In this document: piece after piece, positions 39,162-47,719 of the stretch
Layout: each line of letters starts with the position of its first letter
How positions within the stretch are numbered: position 1 is the first letter of the stretch
Origin: a bacterium
Lineage (GTDB): Bacteria > Elusimicrobiota > JBDRMW01
Assembly: GCA_043811735.1 (NCBI GenBank)
Contig: JBDRMW010000104.1
Location: forward strand, 1-47,719
Length of the DNA: 47,719 bases
Direction of reading: 5' to 3'
The notes under the pieces: generated by a model
Seen by the model: the letters and a program-made list of their open reading frames with translations, nothing else
Database searches by the model: none
What the model was told of the DNA's origin: nothing
Position numbers and translations under genes: made by a program

Positions 39162-40035
39162 ATGGTTTTTAAAAGAAATAACTCAGCAATATTTGTTTCT
39201 TTGGTTTTGTTGTTTTCTTTATGCGCGGGATATGGTAATACAGCTCAGCAAAAAAAAAACAGGTAAAAAAATTACCGCAGCATATGTACGCACAAGCATA
39301 GAGGCCTATATTAAGGAAGAAATAAAGCTGAAAGGCGGGTTTTTTCTGCAGTATGATGAGAAAGAAGACAAAACCTGGAAATTGCTCTTTGATAATGTAA
39401 ACCAGCGGGTAAGGCGGTTACAAGGTAATGTGTATGCGGCAGGCGTTGATTTTAAAACATCCGGTGATGATCCTGATCACGTAAACCTTGATTTTTATAT
39501 GAAACGCACAGGAAATAAACTTGAACCGCAGCAGGTAAAAATACATATTGTTAATGGCAAAGAGCGGTATAAATACCGCGTTAAAACAAAAACAAAAAAA
39601 GGAAGTTCTTCTTCATCAACGCTGGATGGTGCGCCGGATTTTACGCTTCTTAATATGGAAGGCAAAAAGGTACGTCTTTCTCAGTTTTACGGCAAAGTAG
39701 TGATCTTAAATTTTTGGGCCACCTGGTGTCCTCCCTGCAAAGCAGAGATCCCTGATTTTATGGATCTGTATACTAAATATAAAGATAAAGGCGTTGAGAT
39801 GATCGGCATTTCGCTTGATCCTGACGGCGCACAAGCAGTTGACCGGTTCATGGAACAAATCAAAATAAATTATACTGTGCTTATAGGCAATATGAAAGTT
39901 TCTTCCTTATATGGGGATATTGATGCGATCCCAACCAGTTTTGTGATTACCCCAAAAGGAGGAATTTACAAGAAATATGTCGGGTATCGTTCCCGGGATG
40001 TGTTTGAGCAGGATATTAAAGCATTATTGGAATAA
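39162..40035 (+). CDS. TlpA-family disulfide reductase with an N-terminal extra domain; +1 frameshift in the A10 tract at 39250-39259
   Basis: APDFTL..LNFWATWCPPCKAEIP. GGGAGG RBS and ATG 39162 open a signal peptide that is one base out of frame with the body. Confidence 0.8.
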
Positions 40036-40050
40036 TTAGAATAATACCAC

Positions 40051-40079
40051 TTGAAACTTTTCTTTTTTGTTGCTAACAT
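40051..40079 (+). promoter_or_regulatory. Probable promoter
   Basis: TTGAAA, 17-nt spacer, TAACAT, with an extended -10 TG. Confidence 0.45.
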
Positions 40080-40110
40080 AACTCTTCTATAAGTCAATTA
40101 AAGGTACGTT

Positions 40111-40953
40111 ATGAAATTAAAATTCTGGGGTGTACGCGGTTCGGTGCCTGCACCCGGTAAAGATACCGTTAAATATGGCGGGAATACATCATGTGTTGAT
40201 CTCCGTTCAGATACCGGTGAACTATTTATTTTAGATGCCGGTACCGGTATTAGAAAACTGGGCAATAATTTGATGGCAGAGGATAATCCGCTTAAACTAA
40301 ATATCTTGTTGAGCCATGTGCACTGGGATCATATCGAAGGCCTTCCTTTTTTTAAGCCCTTATATTTTAAGAGATACCATATTGATATTATCGGTTGTTT
40401 TGACAACAAACGAAGAGTAAAAGATGTTATAAATTTTGCGCTTCATCAGCCCTATTTTCCGGTAAGCTTAGGAGATCTCAAATCCGAGATTGAATATAAA
40501 GATATAACCGAAAATTCTTTTAATATGGGCGGCCTGCATATAGATGTCCTCCCGGTTAATCATCCGGCCTACACCGTTGCATACCGGTTTTCTGAAGGAC
40601 AAAAAAAAGTGATTTATATGACGGATAATGAGTTATTCTGCCAGAATAATGTGAGCACACCGTATGAAAAAATAGTCGAATTCTGCACAGAAGCCGATGT
40701 GCTTATCCATGATGCCATGTATACAACGGATGAATGGAATACATATAAGGGATGGGGTCATAGTTCGATCTCTAATGCACTGCAGTTAGGCATTGATGCA
40801 CGCGTACAAGGCCTTTTTCTATTCCACCATGATCCCGAACGGACCGATAAAGAAGAAACCCAAATTATTAAAGAATGCCATGTCCAGATAAAAAAAGCAA
40901 AAAGTAAAGTCCGGTGCGAAGGAGCCATGGAAGGCTCTGAAATCATTATCTAG
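40111..40953 (+). CDS. MBL-fold metallo-hydrolase
   Basis: FWGVRGS..YGGNTSC..DAGTG..SHVHWDHI..GWGHS..FHHDP. Confidence 0.9.
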   Translation: MKLKFWGVRGSVPAPGKDTVKYGGNTSCVDLRSDTGELFILDAGTGIRKLGNNLMAEDNPLKLNILLSHVHWDHIEGLPFFKPLYFKRYHIDIIGCFDNKRRVKDVINFALHQPYFPVSLGDLKSEIEYKDITENSFNMGGLHIDVLPVNHPAYTVAYRFSEGQKKVIYMTDNELFCQNNVSTPYEKIVEFCTEADVLIHDAMYTTDEWNTYKGWGHSSISNALQLGIDARVQGLFLFHHDPERTDKEETQIIKECHVQIKKAKSKVRCEGAMEGSEIII

Positions 40954-40970
40954 CTCCTAAGTGCTCGGGT

Positions 40971-40999
40971 TTGAAAAATTCCACAAATTATTATAAACT
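40971..40999 (+). promoter_or_regulatory. Probable promoter of tRNA-Gly(CCC)
   Basis: TTGAAA, 17-nt spacer, TAAACT. Confidence 0.45.
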
Positions 41000-41076
41000 A
41001 AAAAATAATATTAAACATAAAAGTGCTTAAAGACTTTTTTTAGTTGTTAGAAATACAAAGAACGAATTACTAATAA

Positions 41077-41580
41077 CTAATAATGCGGGCGTAATTCAGC
41101 GGTAGAATGCTTGCTTCCCAAGCAAGACGTCGCCGGTTCGATTCCGGTCGCCCGCTCTGAACTGTAGGTGTCGAACTCGAAAGTCGGTGTCTCCGGGCCG
41201 ATTCCTGATAAAGGAAGCGGCTTATTTAATTTGGGAAAATTTGGGGCGGCGGCGGGCGCATCGGCGCCCGATTTTAAACCCACGCGAGAAGACTTATCGT
41301 CGGAAAATCTATTATAATACCACTCAAGAGAAATTGTCCTTTTGGAATAAGTAATCTTTTTAATGGCGCGGCGAATATGAAAGGCCTTTTCGAATCCGTT
41401 ATACTTGGTCCATCCTTTAAGAAACGATTTTAGGCTCATCTGGAGCATTTCAGGGGTCAAACCGGGGTATTTTTCACTTAGTTCGACACATGTTCTCCCA
41501 GGTTTATTTTCTTCATATTTTAAGGCTAAAATAAGGTTTTTAATATATTCAATATCTAATGAAATACGTTTAAGATTCCC
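41077..41580 (-). pseudogene. C-terminal remnant of a serine recombinase homologous to 4756-6228
   Basis: NLKRISLDIEYIKNLIL..(frameshift near 41490)..YPGLTPEMLQ..IKKITYSKRTISLEWYYNRFSDD..TPTFEF..ERATGIEPAT aligns with NLKRIAVDSDYIKNLIF..FPGLTAEKLQ..IKKITYSKKKISVEWFYNRFSDD..TPTFKF..ERVMGIEPT. Confidence 0.88.
41085..41156 (+). tRNA. tRNA-Gly (anticodon CCC), CCA not encoded
   Basis: Acceptor stem GCGGGCG/CGCCCGC, anticodon arm CTTGC-TTCCCAA-GCAAG, T-loop GGTTCGATTCC. The discriminator T is followed by CTG. Confidence 0.95.
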
Positions 41581-42296
41581 TAAAATAGTATTATGCCTTG
41601 TAATTCAATTTTATACGCATGATGAAGTAATCTATCACATATTGCATCAGCAATTGTTGGATCTCCAATGATTTGATACCAGTCTTTGATCGCTAATTGA
41701 CTGGCAATAATCAGAGAAGTGTTCAGGCTTCGGTCTTCAACAATTTCTAATAAATCTTTTCGTTCAGATTCAGCCATAGGACTTAATCCTACATCATCAA
41801 TGATCAGCACGTTATATCGAGATAATTTTGACAGATATGATAAATAGCTGCCATCCGCACGTGCTTGGTATAATGCAGTAAAGAGACGCGGTGCACGAAT
41901 ATATAAAACACTAAACCCTGCTCTGCATGCGGTATTGCCCAGTGCACAGGCAAGATACGTTTTACCTACCCCCGTTGGTCCGCTTAAGAGAATATTTTGA
42001 TGATTGTGTATCCACTGAGACGACATTAACTCAAGAATGGTTCGTTTATGTAATCCCCGGGAATGTTTGTAATCAATATCTTCAACACATGCCTGCTGTT
42101 TTAATCTGGATTTTTTAAGCAGGCGGGTAAGTTTTTTTGTTTCTCGATGAGTTGTTTCAGCATCAATCAAGAGCCCAATAAATTCAGCGGGTGTTAAATC
42201 GCCCTGCTTGATTGATGTATTAATTTCTTTAAATGACTGTGCCATGCCATGTAACTTTAGATGCTCCATTTTAGTAACTGTTTGTTCGTGCAACAT
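41580..42296 (-). mobile_element. istB: IS21-family helper ATPase IstB (3' end clipped, istA not found)
   Basis: CAGGAGG RBS; GPTGVGKTYLACALG; LIIDDVG; ASQL..W...IGDPTIADAICDRLLH. Confidence 0.9.
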
Positions 42297-42723
42297 TGTA
42301 TGCCTCCTGTAGAGATACGTGATTTTTTTGCAATTTCTGGTCTGTATGACTTTTTTTAACATGAGTGTTATTTCAACACCATCATAACAAAAGCAATAAA
42401 TCATCAATTTTCATTAAAAAAGGTATTATCTTTATTTTATAAGGAAGGATTTCTTTTCAACTAAATTCACTATTAAGCAATTCAAAACTTTCATTGTTTT
42501 CATTTTCCATTTTATTACAAATCATTATTGCTTTCATTATTACTCTTTTGTATTATCTCATTATTGAAAGACAAAAGACAAACAACCAAAATCGCGTATA
42601 AAGTATGCGTCAACGGGCCGAATTAATTGTGCTTGGTTAATTGATAAATATATTGGTCACTAAGTATTGTATTCGGAACTTTCAATCTAAGCGGTAGTAA
42701 AATTATGAACTGCTGCTTTTCAG

Positions 42724-43224
42724 ACGGAAAATTATACTTTTTGGGATTTGCACGTTGCTATTCAGGATGCAATGGGTTGGGTTGATTATCACTTGCACGA
42801 ATTTATTTTAAAGAATCATTCTGACGGCAGTGAAGCTAACATCGGTATTCCTGATGAAAAAAACATGTATGAATTAGATACCATTATTTTGGCTGATTGG
42901 GAACGCAATATTTCCAAATGGTTTACGCTTGAAAACAACTAGGCAGACTATACGTATGATTTTGGAGATAGTTGGGAGCATAAGATAATTTTAGAGAAGA
43001 TCCTGCCGCGGGAAGCTGGCGTTAAATATCCCATTTGCATTGACGGAAAACGTGCTTGTCCTCCTAAGGACTGCGGAAGTTCCCTCGGGTATGAAAGTAT
43101 ATGTGCCGGCACTCATGAATTTCAGAAGGACTTTAAATATTATGATCCCGAATACTTTGATCCAACGGATATAGATTTTGACAATCCAAAAAAGCAATTA
43201 AAAGCTATGCAGAATGATATATAG
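42724..43224 (+). pseudogene. Plasmid pRiA4b ORF-3-family protein, 5' truncated, with an in-frame TAG at 42940
   Basis: TFWDLHVAIQDAMGWVDYHLHEF..*..YTYDFGDSWEHKI..CIDGKRACPPKDCG. Confidence 0.85.
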
Positions 43225-43325
43225 ACTGCTTTATTAATTACTGTTACGTTCCGGGGTCACCTATTTATCAGGTCTCAAGCAAGTTATTGAGGGTCAAGAC
43301 CTCTTAATCCGACCCCTTAATCTTC

Positions 43326-43354
43326 TTGACAAATTATCGTTTCTCATATATAAC
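43326..43354 (+). promoter_or_regulatory. Promoter of the tetR-efflux operon
   Basis: TTGACA, 17-nt spacer, TATAAC. Confidence 0.6.
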
Positions 43355-43367
43355 ATACATAATATTG

Positions 43368-43397
43368 TATTTTAAGTCAGGCGATTGACTTAAAATA
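43368..43397. promoter_or_regulatory. Putative TetR operator (perfect 12-bp inverted repeat)
   Basis: TATTTTAAGTCA-GGCGAT-TGACTTAAAATA, between the promoter and the tetR start codon. Confidence 0.7.
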
Positions 43398-43411
43398 TTA
43401 TTGGTTAAATT

Positions 43412-44017
43412 ATGAAAAAAAATAAAAATATACATGGGACAAAAAATAAAATTCTTACTGCGGCAAAGAAATTGTTTGCTGAAAAAGGCTTTCATGGAAC
43501 ATCAACTCGTGAAATTGCCCGGGAGGCAAAAGTTAATTTAGCCGGTCTTCATTATCATTTTCAAAACAAACAGAATCTCTATGGTGAGGTTGTAAAATCA
43601 TTGTACAATGATACCAATGATATGATTAAGCATATTATTGCTGAAAAAGACTGGAAAACCGAAGAGCTTGTGATAAAGATTTTTAAGACTTATTTAGATT
43701 CTGAACAAAATGTAGCTGAAACATATCGTATTATTATTGGTTCAGGAAAGATTCTGGAATCGCTTTCAAAAGATGAGACCATGCCTCAGTACGGACCAGG
43801 AGGCTATGCGTTATATAACTGCATCATAAAAGAGTTCGGAGAAGGAATAGCCCCCCAATTAAAATTTTGGGCAGTAAAAGCAATAATATCTTTTATTGAA
43901 CTGAATGCTTTGCGTTTTCATGTAGTTGAAGGGACAACATTGGCAATTGAAAAAGATGTTTTAATAAACGATCTGAGGAAATTAACCGATGTAGTGCTTG
44001 ATCAGTTAAGGATATGA
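43412..44017 (+). CDS. TetR/AcrR-family transcriptional regulator
   Basis: ILTAAKKLFAEKGFHGTSTREIAREAKVNLAGLHYHFQNKQNLY. Confidence 0.93.
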   Translation: MKKNKNIHGTKNKILTAAKKLFAEKGFHGTSTREIAREAKVNLAGLHYHFQNKQNLYGEVVKSLYNDTNDMIKHIIAEKDWKTEELVIKIFKTYLDSEQNVAETYRIIIGSGKILESLSKDETMPQYGPGGYALYNCIIKEFGEGIAPQLKFWAVKAIISFIELNALRFHVVEGTTLAIEKDVLINDLRKLTDVVLDQLRI

Positions 44018-44042
44018 TTTGAACACCTATATACAACTGTAT

Positions 44043-45371
44043 ATGAAAAAATTATTTATAGTATTATGTGGATTTATCTTGTTAAAGATATCTTCAGTTT
44101 TTGCGCAGGATGACGGACAGGCACTCGTTTCTTTAAGTATATCTGAAGCAGTGGAATTATCAATTGCGCATAGCGAAGATATACAAATTTCCCAGGAAAA
44201 TATTAAAAAAATGGATAATACGTATACACAGGTACGGGCATCCATTCTGCCGAATATTACGGGCAAGGTGGACTGGGATCATTATATAAAATCTCCGGTT
44301 CTTTCTATTGATTTAGGTGAGGGGAATATGGATATTCCTTTAAAGCAGGATTGGGATGTACGAGCAGGAGCTACGGTTTCACAATTAGTTTGGGCATTTG
44401 GAAAAGTTAATACGGCTATTAACATTGCACGGGAAGCAATCGGTATAGAAAAACTGGCGTACCAGGTGACTAAGAATGAACTTATTTTTGCAGTAAAAAG
44501 GGCATATTATACGATACTATTTGCTGAAGAAACCGTAAAAATAGCTGATGAATCACATAAAAATGCACAGACAAATAAATCTGCACTAAAAACAAGGTTT
44601 GGGAAGGGAAGATCATCCCGTATTGACAATATTAAAATGTCTGCTGATGTGGCGAGCCGAATGCCGACTGTTTTACAGGCTGAGAAGAATTTAGATCAGA
44701 TTACTATATCCTTTAAAAACATGGTTGGTATGGGCAAAGATGCAGGTATTACCTTTACAGATGATTTAATTCGTGAATTTCCGGAATATAATTTTGATGA
44801 TATACAGAAAATAATGCTTCACAAAGAACCTATGCTTAATGTTTTCAGGAAAAATGTTGGATTACAAGATCAGGTTATACGATTAAAAAAGGCTGATATT
44901 TATCCTACCCTGTCAGGTTTTGCTACCTATAATTATGCCGGCAACGGTGATAATATCTATCCCCAAGATGAGATACAGCCTGAAGTTATCGCAGGATTAA
45001 GGCTTAATCTTACTTTTTGGGACAGCGGGGCCATGTTAGGCTCTTACCGTCAGGCTCAAAATGATCGTGCTATCGCCGGTCTTGCTTATAAAAAGAAAAT
45101 CGAAGAATTAGAAGTTGAACTGCAGTCTATCCGTTCTGAGTATGTATCATTAATTGAATCGTATAAGGCAAATCAAACGGCGCTTAATTTGGCGGAAGAA
45201 TCGTACCGCATCGCACTTTCGAGTTATAAATCAGGTGCGGTATCCCAAACTATGCTTAATGATGCTGAACTCCAGCTGACCGTCGCAAAATTAAGAACAT
45301 TAACTAATCTGTATAACATTAACATGCTCATTATAACAATTGAAAAACTTATCGTTAAGGATGATTTATGA
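44043..45371 (+). CDS. TolC-family outer membrane efflux protein
   Basis: Signal peptide, LSISEAVELSI, two OEP repeats (ASILPNIT, ADIYPTLS), YKSG...LNDAEL. Confidence 0.9.
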   Translation: MKKLFIVLCGFILLKISSVFAQDDGQALVSLSISEAVELSIAHSEDIQISQENIKKMDNTYTQVRASILPNITGKVDWDHYIKSPVLSIDLGEGNMDIPLKQDWDVRAGATVSQLVWAFGKVNTAINIAREAIGIEKLAYQVTKNELIFAVKRAYYTILFAEETVKIADESHKNAQTNKSALKTRFGKGRSSRIDNIKMSADVASRMPTVLQAEKNLDQITISFKNMVGMGKDAGITFTDDLIREFPEYNFDDIQKIMLHKEPMLNVFRKNVGLQDQVIRLKKADIYPTLSGFATYNYAGNGDNIYPQDEIQPEVIAGLRLNLTFWDSGAMLGSYRQAQNDRAIAGLAYKKKIEELEVELQSIRSEYVSLIESYKANQTALNLAEESYRIALSSYKSGAVSQTMLNDAELQLTVAKLRTLTNLYNINMLIITIEKLIVKDDL

Positions 45372-46039
45372 GAAAAATAGTTTATGCAACTATCTTGATC
45401 CTTTTTATTTTATCAATTATATATAAAGCAAGAAAGATTACGCACAATGAGCAAAGAGAAATAGTCAGCATATCAGCTGAATGGGCAAAATCCGGCAAAC
45501 CGGTTGATGTATGTAAAGTAATGAAAAGTACAATCAAATGTAAAACTACTGTTTCGGGGGTTTTAACAGATAAAGGAATGATTGAAGCATATGTTTCTCC
45601 TGAAACAGTTAAAAAATTACAAACCGGGAATCCGTTTACGATACAAAGAAACGGCATAGAGCACATAGGGTTTATTAAATATATATCAGAGAAAAGTGAT
45701 TTAGTCACCGGTTTGTATACGGTATATCTAAAGACGAATAACCTGCAGGGATTACCGCGAGGTTCTATTATGGTAGCAGACATACAAACAGAAATACTTA
45801 CTAATGTTTTGAAAATCAACCTGGATGCGCTGATGAATGAAAATGGAAAGGTTTTTTGCTGGATAATTGAAAAAAATCATGTTAAAAAAAGATACATCAA
45901 CCTTGGTATGGTTAATGATATATATGTTCAAGTTATTTCAGGGCTTGCAGTTGATGAGATAGTGGTGGCAGCGGGCGGAAGCATATTGGCGGAAAATGAT
46001 AAAGTGCGCATACATAAGATGAAGGAAAAACATGATTGA
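45368..46039 (+). CDS. Short RND periplasmic adaptor (MFP-like)
   Basis: N-terminal TM and C-terminal VKKRYINLG..VQVISGLAVDEIVVAAG; position between tolC and the RND gene. Confidence 0.7.
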   Translation: MRKIVYATILILFILSIIYKARKITHNEQREIVSISAEWAKSGKPVDVCKVMKSTIKCKTTVSGVLTDKGMIEAYVSPETVKKLQTGNPFTIQRNGIEHIGFIKYISEKSDLVTGLYTVYLKTNNLQGLPRGSIMVADIQTEILTNVLKINLDALMNENGKVFCWIIEKNHVKKRYINLGMVNDIYVQVISGLAVDEIVVAAGGSILAENDKVRIHKMKEKHD

Positions 46040-47719
46040 ATTATTTGTTAAAAGACCTGCTATGACGGTTATGTTTGTTATGGTATTCGTCGTGCTGGGG
46101 ATTGTTTCTTATTCTAATCTCATCATAGAAAGAACACCTAAAATCGATTTTCCTATTGTTTCAATAAAGACGTTTTACAACGGGGCATCGCCGGTTGAAA
46201 TTGAAACTCAAATTATTAAAAAAATTGAAGATGCAATTGCAGAGATCTCTCAAATAAAGAAAATTAATTCAATCGCGAATGAGAATTTTGGCTTGACGAT
46301 GATTGAGTTTAAAATCGATGCGGATATAAACATAAAACTTATTGAGGTTAAAGATAAAGTTGAAGCTATAATCAATGATCTTCCCCGGGAAGCTGATAAA
46401 CCAGTGATTAGTAAGTTTGATCCTCTGATTCAGCCTATTGTTGATCTGGTGTTGGTAAGTGATACGGCTGATGAACGGACATTGTATGAATATGCTGATA
46501 AAAAGTTGCGGAATAAATTAAGCGTGATAGAAGGGGTTGCCTCAGTTGATATTTACGGCGGTAAACACCGGCAGATAAACGTTAAGCTGGATCATATGTT
46601 AATGCAGAAATATTATATTTCGATTTCTGATGTAATTAAAGCCGTTGATCAGCTTAATGTAAACGTTCCGGGAGGTTCCGTTGAAAAAGATGAGCATAAA
46701 TCAACATTCAGATTAGTCGGTGAGTTTGAGAACGTTGATGAGCTTGCCCATATGGTGATTGTTTCGGGTGAAGGGGAAACACTTACCCTGTCAGATATCG
46801 GAACTGTTGAGGATTCCTTTAAGAAAGTTGAAACCTACTCCCGGTATAATGGAAAGCATGTTGTAGGATTATCATTAAAAAAGTTATCTGACGGGGATGC
46901 GGTTGCGATAATAAAAAAAAATAAAAAAAGATCTTAATAGTATCAATAAATCACTCCCTGAAGGTATGGATCTTATTATTGCGTATGACTCAACTGAAAG
47001 TATTATAGCCGGCACCAAAGGAACGGTTAATAATATATATATCGGGATATTACTGACTGTCCTGATTCTGTTGTTATTTTTGGGAGATCCGCGGGTCACG
47101 ATTGTTGCAGCTGTTGTTATACCGGCATCTCTTATTTCTGCGTTCTTCCCGATGGATTTCTCCAGGTTTTCAATAAATATGATGACACTCCTGGCAATCG
47201 CTACGGCGTTGGGTACGCTTATTGCAAATGCATTGGTTGTTATTGAAAGTATTGATCAGCATCTGGCGCATGGGAAAGCATCTGTTCAGGCTGCAATTGA
47301 CGGTACCAAAGATGCTTTTGTGGCTGTTTTAGCATCAGCAGGGACCAATATCGTCGTATTTACACCCATTGCATTTATGGGCGGTATGGTTGGACAGTTT
47401 ATGAAACATTTTGGACTTACGGTTGTGTATGCAACAATTTTCTCTATTATTGCTTCTCTCAGCCTTACGCCGATGCTTTGTGCACTGCTTTTACAACCCC
47501 GCAATTTAAAAGGAAAGAGCACTGAACGCAATAATATATTTAAAAAGTTTTTTACCTTACCGCATATACTGCTTGCCATATTGCTCGCGGAATATAAAAT
47601 TGTATTCAACAAGATCTTTAAGTACCCTAAATTAACCATGCTTTTTTCTTTATTGTTAGTGATTGGAAGTTATTATCCGCTGCACTATTTAGGGAATGAA
47701 TTTTTTGCTGCTTCTGATA
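46032..47719 (+). CDS. AcrB/AcrD/AcrF-family RND transporter, +1 frameshift in the A9 tract at 46913-46921, continues past the window end
   Basis: MIELFVKRP..PKIDFP..GASPVEIE. After the A tract the +1 frame continues IKKDLNSINKSLPEGM..LLLFLG..FSINMMTLLA..VVFTPIAFMGG..SLTPMLC. Confidence 0.88.

Noticed and set aside
42297-42407. N-terminal extension of istB, or an istA remnant
   Set aside because: The RBS lies directly before ATG 42296 and no recognisable IstA motif is present upstream.
42600-42630. TGCGTCAACGGGCCGAATT as a possible IS21 terminal repeat
   Set aside because: No partner repeat could be found in the window.
42940-42942. In-frame TAG as possible pyrrolysine or stop-codon recoding
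   Set aside because: The gene is also 5' truncated, and TAG ends many intact genes here (murI, queD, amidase, rpsA).

Overview
AT-rich bacterial chromosome segment. Gene content and order suggest a diderm organism, possibly Elusimicrobiota-like (inference only). The housekeeping core (~12.7-41 kb) runs amidase, murI, queD-queC-queE, an NTPase, murC, ddl, ftsQ-ftsA-ftsZ, pilT, pgeF, pheA, hisC, aroF, tyrA, aroA, plsC, rpsA, a metallopeptidase/beta-propeller/Omp85 fusion, PBP1A, a response regulator, TlpA and an MBL hydrolase. Two tRNA-Gly genes (TCC at 4714, CCC at 41085) bracket this core, and each is the anchor of an island. Both tRNAs are overlapped antisense by the C-terminus of related large serine recombinases at identical spacing. 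At the first tRNA, the recombinase plus an XRE regulator sit between 236-bp inverted repeats that encode an alternative in-frame recombinase C-terminus, a candidate invertible element. The window start holds a GEMM-I cyclic-dinucleotide riboswitch with the A20 (cGAMP-type) base, a duplicated 3' strand and an overlapping terminator, upstream of a T9SS-CTD-like secreted protein and a PorV-like barrel. Island 1 also carries IS1182 and IS91 fragments, an MNT-HEPN toxin-antitoxin pair with a degenerate attC, a BrnT fragment and an internally deleted RAYT-like element with 27-bp terminal inverted repeats. Island 2 carries an orphan istB and a pRiA4b ORF-3 pseudogene, followed by a TetR-TolC-MFP-RND operon. 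Intergenic spacers contain many 7-bp-period repeats, often starting at stop codons. Two genes have +1 frameshifts in poly-A tracts. All calls come from reading the sequence and motifs; no database searches were run.
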